Source: an uncultured Verrucomicrobiae bacterium
Lineage (GTDB): Bacteria; Verrucomicrobiota; Verrucomicrobiia; Limisphaerales; Palsa-1400
Reading direction: 5' to 3'
Length of the DNA: 64,000 nucleotides
Assembly (NCBI GenBank): GCA_963764165.1
Contig: CAVXRD010000002.1
Span: 1,568,001 to 1,632,000, forward strand
Part shown: in pieces, positions 20,688 to 30,141 of the stretch
Layout of the letters: each line of letters begins with the position of its first letter
Numbering within the stretch: position 1 is the stretch's first letter
Notes under the pieces: model-generated
What the model saw: only the letters and a program-made list of their open reading frames with translations
Database searches by the model: none
What the model was told of the DNA's origin: nothing
Made by a program: the position numbers and the translations under genes

Positions 20688-21155
20688 ACGTTCTTTTCCC
20701 TCTGGGGCGACTTCGTAACGGATTCCAATAGTCCGGGGATTAAGCTGCGTGTGTGCGCGGTAAGCGGCCTCGACGATCTGTGCGTGAATTCACTGGCTTT
20801 CATCGTGGCATTAAACGCAATCGCGCGCAGAGGTGCGGAGAACGCAGAGTTTCCTCGCCGAAATGAATCAAATTTGGCGCTGCTGCTCCACCGAAGTCGT
20901 TGAGGAACCCGGAAATTCCGTTGCTGTGGCCCCGATGACCTTCAATATGACCTTGCATATGCATCGTTACACTTTGGCACGGCTGGGGCTGGATGGAAAA
21001 CCTACCAGAGTGTTTTCGGCACGATTTTGGGAGGAAAAATGCGGTGAATTGAATCAGGAACGACCGAACGCAGGAAAAGAGGCCAATGGGGGACTTCAAC
21101 GCAAGGACGCCAAGTCGCAAGGGCACAGGAATTTGGCTGACTCTTGGGAAAGGAG

Positions 21156-21228
21156 CGCCGCGTGAGGGCACGCGGCCTACAGGGACACCGCCAATTCAAC
21201 ATTGTAGGCCGGGTACCCTTACCCGGCG
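21156..21228. repeat. REP doublet, GTAG family
   Basis: CGCCGCGTGAGGGCACGCGGCCTACA and inverted TGTAGGCCGGGTACCCTTACCCGGCG. Confidence 0.7.
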
Positions 21229-21280
21229 GTCGGATCGAGGGGGGCATGGGCAAAGCATTGAATATGACTATAATCTCCAA

Positions 21281-21376
21281 AAACCCGCTACACCCGCTAC
21301 ATCGTTGATTATCAACCAGATAAACCGCTACATGGGCGCTACAAACCCGCTACAAACCCGCTACAAACCCGCTACA
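21281..21376. repeat. Array of seven CGCTACA direct repeats
   Basis: Seven CGCTACA cores, the last three as perfect 11-bp tandem AACCCGCTACA. Internal palindrome GTTGATTATCAAC. Confidence 0.85.
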
Positions 21377-21606
21377 TTTCTTCCAAGAGGGTTACAATTG
21401 AATGAAACAATCTATTTTTCATGGCCCCTTCAGGCTGTCGTCGCGGATCCGTTGGCCACTATTCATTCCCCTGAAAACAGCGAGGAATCCCAACATTTAC
21501 TGCAACAAGAGTGCAACAGGTACCTGCAACACTTTCGGCTCCGCAGGTGACCGACGGGGCCAGCCGCCTGATCGTTCCCGCCGCCAATGTGGTGTCAAAT
21601 TCATGT

Positions 21607-24600
21607 CTATTTCCCGAAACGATGGGACAGTTTGTTTGTTTTGGGGGCTGGCTGATACTTGACGGAAAGCGCCTTGTCGCGCTCGCTTTGTGTCCCTCCT
21701 AATTTCTGGTAAGCCTCCGTTGCAAGACTCGCGGCAACGGCTCGTTGAAATTCCGGGTCATTCATAAACCGGGCGACTATCGCCTCATTTTGGTCCATGC
21801 GTTCGAGCATGAGTGTTTCAAGCAGGTTGCTGAATACGAGTGAGAACTTATCCGCCGGATTTGCCTTAGCCGCCTGCTGAAGGCGTGCGTCTCCAACCGC
21901 GATTGCGGTAATTTGATCGAAGAAGAACTGGTCGGCCTGATTAAAATCCGTCCCGAATCGGGAATTCAACAGGTCAATGAGGCGTGAGAGCGCAATTTTC
22001 TCCTCTCGCAAAAGACCGCTTCCTACCTCGCTCGGCCCATCCAATGGTTTGGAATATCCTTCCCTTAAATCAATCGACCCCTCGGCGATTTTCTGGAGTC
22101 GGTAGTATTCCAGTCTCACCTCCTCATCAAATTGGTAGGCGGTGCCACTCGTTCGCTTTGGCAGCTTGGGTGAAAGATGGCGGAGAAAAGTGTAGAGCCG
22201 TTCAAGGTCGGAATCCTGATAGGGAATGATCTGGCTTAGAAATGCGTAGAGATTGCGAAATGCCACCAGCTTCCCGCGCCACAGTTCCGCCTCTTCCTCA
22301 TCGGACTCCAACATTGCGGCAAAACGGTCCACGGACGGATCAAGGGCAGCATTCATGGCCTTGTGGTCGGAAATGCTCTGGCGTTCCTTCGGCTTGAAAT
22401 AAATCTCGCAAAACCTCAGAACTTCTTCGGTAAGATAAATGGCCGACGCATCCAATTCAGCTTTGATTTCGTATAGTCTGGCAGGTTCAACGTCCTCTCC
22501 CATCTGCGCGCCCTCATAAAACTGCTTGAACGCCTCCTGGATTTCCTGGCGGTCATTGACGAAATCCATAACGAACGTTTCCTCCTTGAGCGGATGAATT
22601 CGGTTCAGCCGGGATAGCGTCTGCACGGCCTGAATTCCTGTGAGCCGCTTGTCCAGGTACATCGTGTGCAATAAGGGCTGGTCGAAGCCGGTTTGATATT
22701 TTTCCGCCACCAGCAGAACCTGGTATTCGGTCGTTGAAAATTTCTCCGGCAGTTCCTTTTCTCGGATACCGCAATTCATCCCTTCCTCCGTGTAATTCTT
22801 GTCGGGGAATTTGTCATCAACGACGGTGCCGCTGAAAGCCACCAACGTCTTAATCGGATACCCTTTATCCTTTATATATTGGTCAAAGCTTTGCTTATAC
22901 CGCACCGCTTCCAGACGCGAACCGGTCACCACCATCGCCTTCGCGCGCCCGCCAATCTTATGCCGGGTCGCTCTATTGAAGTGTTCTACCATCACCTGAG
23001 TTTTTTGTGAGATGTTGACCGGGTGCAGTTTCATGAACCGGGCGAGCGCCTTTGCCGCCTTCTTGCGTTCCACGTTGGGATCGTCCTCACACGACTTGAG
23101 CAATTTGAAATACGCGGCGTAAGTCGTGTAATTCTTCAACACATCCATGATGAAGCCCTCCTCAATGGCCTGCCGCATTGTGTAGCGATGGAATGGCTTT
23201 CCATTTCGGCCAAAGACGGCCAGCGTCTTGTGTTTGGGCGTGGCGGTGAATGCGAAAAAGCTCAAATTCGCCTGCCTTCCACGCTTGGCCATGCTGCGGA
23301 AAAGCCCTTCGTAGCCCGCCAATCCTTCCTGTTCGGCCTGCGCTTTTGCCTTCGCCCGGAGTTCTTCGCCGCCCAAGACCTCCTTCAGATCGGTTGCCGT
23401 CTCGCCCGACTGCGAACTGTGAGCCTCGTCAATAATGACCGCACAACGCCGCGTGGGCAGGGCACCGGACGAATTCTCTCCGCGCTCTTCGGCCAGCTTG
23501 AGCAATTGCCGGGAGACGAACGGGAACTTCTGGAGGGTCGTGATGATGATCGGCACGCAATTCTCAAGTGCCTCGGCCAATTGCCGCGAGTTATTGTCCA
23601 CCTTTAGGACGACGCCTTGCTTGTGCTCAAATTGGTAAATGGTGTCCTGCAATTGTTGATCCAGCACCACGCGGTCCGTGACCACGATGACCGTGTCAAA
23701 AACACGCGCATCTCTGGCGTTGTGCAAGGACGCCAGCCGGTGCGCCAGCCAGGCGATGGTGTTGCTCTTGCCGCTCCCGGCCGAATGCTCGACCAGATAA
23801 TTGCATCCGGGCCCTTCGGTTTTGGCGGCGGACTCGATGCCGCGAACGGCTTGCAGTTGGTGATAGCGTGGGAACACCATCGTTTCCCGTTTGACTTTGC
23901 GTCCCTGATCGTCGCGCTTCTCCTCAATTTGCAAATGGATAAACCGCGCCAGCATGTCCAGCAGGCTGTCGCGCTGCAATGACTCCTCCCACAGATAGGC
24001 TGTGCGGTAATTTCTGCCTTGCGGGTCAGGTGGATTTCCTGCGGCGCCCTCTTGGCCTTTGTTGAAAGGCAGAAAATGAGTGGCCGTGCCCGCCAGCCGC
24101 GTCGTCATAAAAACCTGCTCTGTATCCGCGGCAAAATGGACCAGCGTGCGTTTCTTGAAATCAAAAATAAGCTCGCGCGGATCGCGGTCCCGCCGGTATT
24201 GGGCCATGGCGTCCTCAACCGTCTGGCCGGTGAGCGGATTCTTCAATTCGACCGTGGCCAGTGGAATTCCGTTCACACTTAATACAACGTCCAACGACTT
24301 CTCGTTGCGCGTTGAAAAACGAAGCTGGCGCGTGATAGCGACGCGGTTTTTCGCGTATCGTTCCTCCAATTCAGGGTTCAGGCCGTGCGCCGCCTTGAAG
24401 AACGCCACGCGCAACGTTTTGCCGTAGCATTTGAAACCGTGTCGCAAGGTGGCAAGACTGCCATAGGCATCCATCCATTTGCATAGGTCCGTCAGAATTT
24501 GTTCACCGGTTTTTGCACCGTGCAATGCCTCGAGTTTGCCCCACTCCTTTGGCTGCGTCTCGCGAATAAAGCCGAGCGCAACGTCGGGGAAAATCGCGCG

Positions 24601-24699
24601 TTCCCGGTCAAAGCCATCGCGGTTCACAAGAATAAAGCCTTGATCGAGCAAGTGACGCTCGATGGCGATCTCAAAGGCGATTTCGGCGATGCGGCTCAT
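21607..24699 (-). CDS. hsdR: Type I restriction endonuclease subunit R
   Basis: NGIPLATVELKN nuclease motif, HSAGSGKS, DEAH, FTATPK, KYQTGFDQP, QTLSRLNR. ATGA overlap with the HNH stop. Confidence 0.96.
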   Translation of the reverse strand: MSRIAEIAFEIAIERHLLDQGFILVNRDGFDRERAIFPDVALGFIRETQPKEWGKLEALHGAKTGEQILTDLCKWMDAYGSLATLRHGFKCYGKTLRVAFFKAAHGLNPELEERYAKNRVAITRQLRFSTRNEKSLDVVLSVNGIPLATVELKNPLTGQTVEDAMAQYRRDRDPRELIFDFKKRTLVHFAADTEQVFMTTRLAGTATHFLPFNKGQEGAAGNPPDPQGRNYRTAYLWEESLQRDSLLDMLARFIHLQIEEKRDDQGRKVKRETMVFPRYHQLQAVRGIESAAKTEGPGCNYLVEHSAGSGKSNTIAWLAHRLASLHNARDARVFDTVIVVTDRVVLDQQLQDTIYQFEHKQGVVLKVDNNSRQLAEALENCVPIIITTLQKFPFVSRQLLKLAEERGENSSGALPTRRCAVIIDEAHSSQSGETATDLKEVLGGEELRAKAKAQAEQEGLAGYEGLFRSMAKRGRQANLSFFAFTATPKHKTLAVFGRNGKPFHRYTMRQAIEEGFIMDVLKNYTTYAAYFKLLKSCEDDPNVERKKAAKALARFMKLHPVNISQKTQVMVEHFNRATRHKIGGRAKAMVVTGSRLEAVRYKQSFDQYIKDKGYPIKTLVAFSGTVVDDKFPDKNYTEEGMNCGIREKELPEKFSTTEYQVLLVAEKYQTGFDQPLLHTMYLDKRLTGIQAVQTLSRLNRIHPLKEETFVMDFVNDRQEIQEAFKQFYEGAQMGEDVEPARLYEIKAELDASAIYLTEEVLRFCEIYFKPKERQSISDHKAMNAALDPSVDRFAAMLESDEEEAELWRGKLVAFRNLYAFLSQIIPYQDSDLERLYTFLRHLSPKLPKRTSGTAYQFDEEVRLEYYRLQKIAEGSIDLREGYSKPLDGPSEVGSGLLREEKIALSRLIDLLNSRFGTDFNQADQFFFDQITAIAVGDARLQQAAKANPADKFSLVFSNLLETLMLERMDQNEAIVARFMNDPEFQRAVAASLATEAYQKLGGTQSERDKALSVKYQPAPKTNKLSHRFGK

Positions 24700-25330
24700 A
24701 CGCGAGCGAGACGCTTTCGCAGCCAATAAACCACGACCTGACAAAAGGGCGAAAGCTCATTCTCATCGGATTCACCATTCCAATCGCGCAACCACCTCTC
24801 CAAGGTAACGCGTTTAATCTCCCCTCGCTGGCGCAACGTGCGGAAAAAGCTATCCAGTGTGGCTTTGCGATTGTTTTTCAGAAAGGCGGTGTTGAGGTTC
24901 AGCACCGTCTCTAATTCACTGTTGAATGTCGCGTCATCGGATGCAATTCGACCGTCGCCTTCGTAACGGACGAAACCTTCCACCCTGTGCGCGGGTTCTG
25001 CCGGGTTCTTTGAAAGCAACGCGTTTCCCTTCTTGGTATCACAATGCTGCAGCTTGCTCGGCTGGCCCTCGCCGCCAAGACACGCGCCGAGCAGGTTGGA
25101 ATAGCGCAATTGCTCGCCGGGAAACTCAACTCGACTGTGCCAGTGTTCAATTTTCATTCCGTCCGCTGCCGGGCGAATTCGCGATAGGCAGTAACAGCAA
25201 AGACCGCGCTGCTCCTTTGCAAGTTGGTGGCGCAACGTGTCCTTGCCCCGTAGTTGTCATAATCCGCGTGAGCGGTGAGGCGGTGCTGGGTGAGACTTGC
25301 CGGTTCGGGTCCTTTGTGGATTGTCCTCAT
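24696..25330 (-). CDS. HNH endonuclease (TIGR02646/PtuB-like), with a 1-bp frameshift at ~25246-25249
   Basis: EQRGLCCYC, IEHWHSR, YSNLLGAC, HCDTKKG. N-terminus MRTIHKGPEPASL starts at 25330 (ATGA overlap with the ATPase) in another frame. Confidence 0.85.
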
Positions 25331-26616
25331 GCCGTGGATTCCAGAAAACTCATGAGCGACCGTGCCCGCGTGATTTCTGGATCGTCCGGGCCGATTTTTG
25401 CCTCCACCTTAGGCAGCAGGGTTCTTGCAGCCTCGAAATCTTCCCTGTCAATCAATCCAAACAGATTCCGCAGCAATTGTTCGACGGATTCATCTCGGGC
25501 CTTGGCGTCCATCAATTCTTCCAGGACACGGCTCGAATCAATTCCGAACGAACGCAGCGGTGTGGTCACCTGATCGCCATCCAATAGCCGCACTTCTTCC
25601 GGTGTCACTTCGCCGATGACCTGCGGTGAATGGGATGTGCAAACAAATTGGACGCTGGGAAAGGTTTCCTTCAAATCGGTGGCAATGCGCCTCTGCCACT
25701 TCGGGTGCAGATGCACGTCCAGTTCGTCAATCAACACCACGCCTGGCGAATTCCTAAGGACATACATGGGGTTATTCGCTCCCGGCTCCTCCGGTCCATA
25801 CGAATAGGAATTTAGCGCCACAGCCTTGATTGCGATATCGGCCACCATAGCGACCATCATGCGCTGGCCTGCACTCAAATTGTAAAATGGCTGCTCGAAC
25901 CTGCCGATTGAAAGAACAATTTCCTTCAAGTCGCTGTCATACCGTAAATTGTCCGCGTCGGGGATACATTGCAATACCGCGTGTTTGACTGCGCGATAGC
26001 CCGGTCGTTCCTCGCCGCGTTCATTTGTAGCTACAGCCTCGAACAAAAACCATTCGTTCAATTCATGGTCACGGATGGGTGTATCAAGACATTTGCGGTA
26101 AGGGTCAAACTGCTGGGGCTTGCGCTGACTGGTGCGCAAAGCGGGTCGTTTATTGGTTGCCGACCATGCGCGACCTGCGCCGTAGTAGGCCAGTACGGGC
26201 AACAGCGCTCGTTGATGCAATGCGGCCTGAACGGTATCATACACAGCTTTTTCTGCTTCCCTCGCCCCAGCGTTGATCGTGCGCGTTCCACCATCCCGAA
26301 TCATGCGCGTCCAACTCAAATTCTCTTTGCTGCCGATCTTTCCCTCCACGGTAATTTTGGTCGGCAATTGGGGACGAAAATAGGTCCGGTCCCCCGCGCG
26401 CACGGGCGTGAGCCTGATTTCCTCTTCCAGAATGTTGCGCCAGCCCGTCTTCGGTATGCCCTTGTGCCAGATGCCAAGCGCGACAGCCAGCGCATCTAGC
26501 AGACTCGTTTTTCCGGATCCGTTGTCACCCACCAATAACGTGAATTGACGGTGCAACTCAACGGTTGTTTTCTCGAACTTTTTAAAGTTCTCGATCGTCA
26601 GGCGGTCAATTCTCAT
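25327..26616 (-). CDS. ABC/AAA ATPase (PtuA-like)
   Basis: MRIDRLTIENFK, Walker A GDNGSGKT, YYGAGR, signature LSAGQR, Walker B VLIDELDVHLHPKWQ, TSHSP. Confidence 0.9.
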   Translation of the reverse strand: MRIDRLTIENFKKFEKTTVELHRQFTLLVGDNGSGKTSLLDALAVALGIWHKGIPKTGWRNILEEEIRLTPVRAGDRTYFRPQLPTKITVEGKIGSKENLSWTRMIRDGGTRTINAGAREAEKAVYDTVQAALHQRALLPVLAYYGAGRAWSATNKRPALRTSQRKPQQFDPYRKCLDTPIRDHELNEWFLFEAVATNERGEERPGYRAVKHAVLQCIPDADNLRYDSDLKEIVLSIGRFEQPFYNLSAGQRMMVAMVADIAIKAVALNSYSYGPEEPGANNPMYVLRNSPGVVLIDELDVHLHPKWQRRIATDLKETFPSVQFVCTSHSPQVIGEVTPEEVRLLDGDQVTTPLRSFGIDSSRVLEELMDAKARDESVEQLLRNLFGLIDREDFEAARTLLPKVEAKIGPDDPEITRARSLMSFLESTA

Positions 26617-27892
26617 GCGCTTCTCCACTCCTACCCGAGACTGCGGCAGATGGCACGGCGATTTTTCCGGTGACCGCCGCAGCAATGAGGGCGGCGCGGC
26701 GCTCTTTCAACAACCCGATTGTCCGCTCAGTGGCCGCGCGCAAGGCATCAATTTTGGCTGTTTGCGCCGTTATGTGGGCGACGATGGCGTGTTGCTCATT
26801 GAGCGGCGGCACGGGCAGCTTGATGGAGAGAAGGTTCTCGGAGTAGATTCGTAGGAATCCAGAAGCGCCCGTCCCAAGACCTTTTGATTCAGACCTGAAC
26901 ACTGCTTGCATAAGAGAGGTTCCGAATAGCTTTACGAAATATTCGCAATTTAACTCGACCAGTTTCCGGATCACTGTGTAGTCGGGACTGACCAAGCCGC
27001 GCTCAGGCGTGATAGAAACAAGTCCGCTTGAGGCCCGCATTTTGTTCACGACAATGTCGTCGCGCTCGGTAAGTTTGAACCCAATCAATTCTTCGGCACG
27101 AGTTTGCTTTTCGGATACGTCGTTATGGCGAATCAGACCAATATTCATTCGCAAGGAAAGCAGTTCCTCTTCACCAGAGGATGTTCGTTCATCAATTTCC
27201 CTGAAAAGCCACTTGGCCTTCTTGACCTCCCAATGCGCCGGAAGTTCACCAAGCCACGCGACGCCGGAATCGCGGAGAGGCGCGGCTGGATGAATGCCGC
27301 GCGTGACGGCGATTGTGATAAGGGCGCGGCGTTTTTCAGCCAGTAATTCCAGCCACCTTTCTTTGGCCGTTACTAATTGATCCAGCCGGGCAGTCTCCCG
27401 ATCCAAATACACCGCAATCGCCCGCTGTTCAGCAAGTGGCGGAAGCGCGATGGAAATATCGCCAAGATCAGAAGAGTTTATTGCCGGATAGCTGACGCCG
27501 ACCGAGCGAGTGACGACTTCACGGAGAAACCGCAACTCGCGCACAGCGTATTTACAAAAGTTGGCATCAAGTTCTCCTTTTCGCGGACGGACCACGGCGA
27601 AGCCCGTCGAGACAATCAGATTGTTCGGCGGATTCTCGATCGCGGCGATGGCCTGGAGGTAAGTGCGAACTGTCGAAATGATAATATCGCCGTGACGAAC
27701 AATTCGGCGTGCCCGGCTCGGTGCTGCTTCAAAGCGGTGGGCCGCGATTTGGTCAATACGACCGGAGGAATCCACGTTGCCAATGTCCACATATTGAAGC
27801 TCAAACTCGGGGTCGGTTTCTTCTGGCAACGCCTCATCGTTAATCGTCGCAGCATATTTGAGACGCCGCAGATTTGAAGAGGCGTTGCTCAT
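26606..27892 (-). CDS. hsdS: Type I RM specificity subunit S
   Basis: Two TRD-like halves with PPLAEQRAI / PPLNEQHAI, central DSGVAWLGELPAHWEV, and LIAAAVTGKI. Confidence 0.95.
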   Translation of the reverse strand: MSNASSNLRRLKYAATINDEALPEETDPEFELQYVDIGNVDSSGRIDQIAAHRFEAAPSRARRIVRHGDIIISTVRTYLQAIAAIENPPNNLIVSTGFAVVRPRKGELDANFCKYAVRELRFLREVVTRSVGVSYPAINSSDLGDISIALPPLAEQRAIAVYLDRETARLDQLVTAKERWLELLAEKRRALITIAVTRGIHPAAPLRDSGVAWLGELPAHWEVKKAKWLFREIDERTSSGEEELLSLRMNIGLIRHNDVSEKQTRAEELIGFKLTERDDIVVNKMRASSGLVSITPERGLVSPDYTVIRKLVELNCEYFVKLFGTSLMQAVFRSESKGLGTGASGFLRIYSENLLSIKLPVPPLNEQHAIVAHITAQTAKIDALRAATERTIGLLKERRAALIAAAVTGKIAVPSAAVSGRSGEAHEN

Positions 27893-30010
27893 GCCGTGAC
27901 CTCGGTAAGCAGGCGAAGAATCTCGGACTCCGCCTTTTTCAAATCGATGTCAATAACTGGCAGAGGGCGCGACGGCGTGTAGTCATAGAAGTGTCGATTG
28001 AAATTGATTTCGTATCCCACCTTGTCCTTGCTGCGGTCCATCCACGCATCCGGCACGTGCGGCAGGACTTCGCGGCGGAAATAATCGTCAATGTCTTGTT
28101 TGAGCGGAATGTTCTCGAAATCGCGCAACTCGCTGTCAATCACGTACCGAGTGAACATGCCGTCATGGTCTTCGTCGTAAAAGACGCCGTTGTTCCGCTC
28201 CTGGTCGAAATCATAATCCGAAGTCAATTCCGCAATCCAAACATCCTTTATGACCCGTTTGGCCTCCGGATCTTTGAGGATGAAGAAGCGCCGGAAGAGC
28301 TTTTCCGCGTCGCGCCCGAGCTCGTTGAGTTTCTCAAGATGCGGCGCGATCCTGGGTTCGACGGCGTTCCAATCCTTCCACGCAGCCCGCCCGAACTCGG
28401 CCAGGACGTCGGCGAACCACAAGCTCAACTCTTTCGGCGCGGCCACTTTTTCAGCATCTTTAGCGTGCGCTTCCGCGACGGCCTTGAGCCAGCCGTCTTC
28501 CTCAGCGGCGGCGAGTTCCAGCCGCAGGCGCAATGGGCGGTCGACAGTAACGCGGGTATAACCGAAATCTGCGTTGTCGAAAGTCTTTGTCTGCTCGTCT
28601 TTGCGGAAATTTCCATACAGACGCACGATGTCCGCGATTTGGTCAGGTTCGCCGTCCTTGCCTTCGCCGATTTTGCGGCGCTTGTCGCCGAGGCTGCGGC
28701 GCATGGGGACAAAAAGCTCCCGCGCATCCACCAGTTGAATTTTTCCTTTTCGGCGTTTTTCCTTCCGGTTGGTAACCATCCAGATATAAGTTCCGATGCC
28801 TGTGTTGTAAAACATCTGCTCCGGCAACGCGACGATGGCTTCCAGCCAGTCGTTTTCGATGATCCATTTGCGGATGTCGCTTTCACCGCTGCCCGCCCCG
28901 CCGGTGAAGAGCGGCGAGCCATTGAATACGATGGCAAGGCGCGAGCCATGTTTGTGCTGGTCTGGCTGCACCGGCTCAAATTTATTGACCATGTGTTGCA
29001 GGAAAAGCAGCGCGCCGTCATTCACGCGCGGCAGGCCGGCGCCAAAGCGGCCCGCGAAACCGAGCTTGTCGTGCTCGGCTTCAATTTCCCTGGCCTGCCG
29101 TTTCCAATCCACACCAAAGGGTGGATTGGCGAGAAGGAAGTCAAATTTGTTGTAAGGCGATTCCGTAAACTGATCCGCCGTGAAAATGTCGCCGAAACGG
29201 ATGTTGTCGCTCCCACCGTTTTGATCCACCTGCTTGATGAGCATGTCCGACGCCGCCGTGGCAAAAGCGCGTTTGTTGTAATCCTGGCCAAAAACATAGA
29301 GTCGCGCCTCCGGGTGATGTTCGCGAAGATAATTCTGTGCTTCAGCCAGCATTCCGCCTGTGCCGCAAGCGGGGTCGAGCAGTTTGCGCACGGTGCCGGG
29401 CGTCGCGAGCAGCTTGTCATCATTGATGAAAAGCAGATTCACCATGAGGCGGATGACCTCGCGCGGGGTAAAGTGGTCACCTGCAGTTTCGTTGGCCAGC
29501 TCGTTGAAACGGCGGATGAGGTTTTCAAAAAGCAGCCCCATTTCGAGATTGTCGAGAACGGTCTGGGTGCAAATCCGCATCACAGAATTTTGAGACGACC
29601 AAAAAAAGAATGTTCGCCTCGCGCATCTTTTCGATCTCGTTCTCAAATTCAAAAAACTCGAAGATCGTGCGGACATTTGCCGAAAAGCCTTTTATATAGC
29701 TGACAAGGTGTTTCTCGATGTTGTCTGGATCGCCCTTGAGCCGCTCAAATGTAAGCGGTGAGCGGTTATGAAATCGATTGCCCGCCGCGCGATTCAGGAA
29801 TTTATCGAGCGCGTCGTCGTTTAATTTGCCGCCTTTGCGCTTCTCGAATTCCCGCAGAACCTTTTCCTTTGTCGGCGCCAGCACGCAATCGAAGCGCCTG
29901 AGAACCGTCATAGGCAAAATCACACGCTCATACTGAGGCGGTCGATAGGGGCCGCGCAAAAGGTCCGCAATCTGCCAAATTAAGTTGGACAGGTCGTGAT
30001 GATTCGCCAT
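27889..30010 (-). CDS. hsdM: Type I RM methyltransferase subunit M, split by a 1-bp frameshift at ~29557
   Basis: N-part IWQIADLLRG..ILPMTVLRRFDCVL. C-part AGDHFTPREVI, DPACGTGGML, NPPF (amino-MTase motif IV, typically m6A) and KVGYEINF. Confidence 0.93.
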
Positions 30011-30098
30011 TGGCGCACCAGAATATGGGAGCCCAGCCCCCATTCCAACTCCAATTCTGCGTGTGTTTCAACAGGTGTTCGCCGCAAAGGCCAAATTT

Positions 30099-30127
30099 AT
30101 CTGCGTTGATCTGCGTGAATCTGCGGG
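30099..30127. repeat. Arm of the CACAGAT triple-repeat family
   Basis: ATCTGCGTTGATCTGCGTGAATCTGCGGG, just downstream of the M23 gene stop and upstream of hsdM. Confidence 0.7.
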
Positions 30128-30141
30128 CAATTCCTCGTCTA

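Noticed and set aside
21281..21376. Possible CRISPR array or mini-array
   Set aside because: The repeats are only 7-11 bp, there are no unique 25-45 bp spacers and there are no cas genes.
20242..21702. Several 80-150 aa ORFs between rplU and hsdR
   Set aside because: They overlap repeat elements, lack recognisable motifs and conflict with each other in frame and strand.
27874..29703. 609-aa plus-strand ORF, and similar long antisense ORFs at 12212-13642, 46942-48249, 49828-51351 and 51936-52976
   Set aside because: Antisense shadows of well-supported genes, expected in high-GC DNA.
24696..30140. Retron associated with the ATPase/HNH pair
   Set aside because: No reverse transcriptase (YADD-type) ORF and no room for msr-msd next to the pair. 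The junctions overlap the hsd genes.
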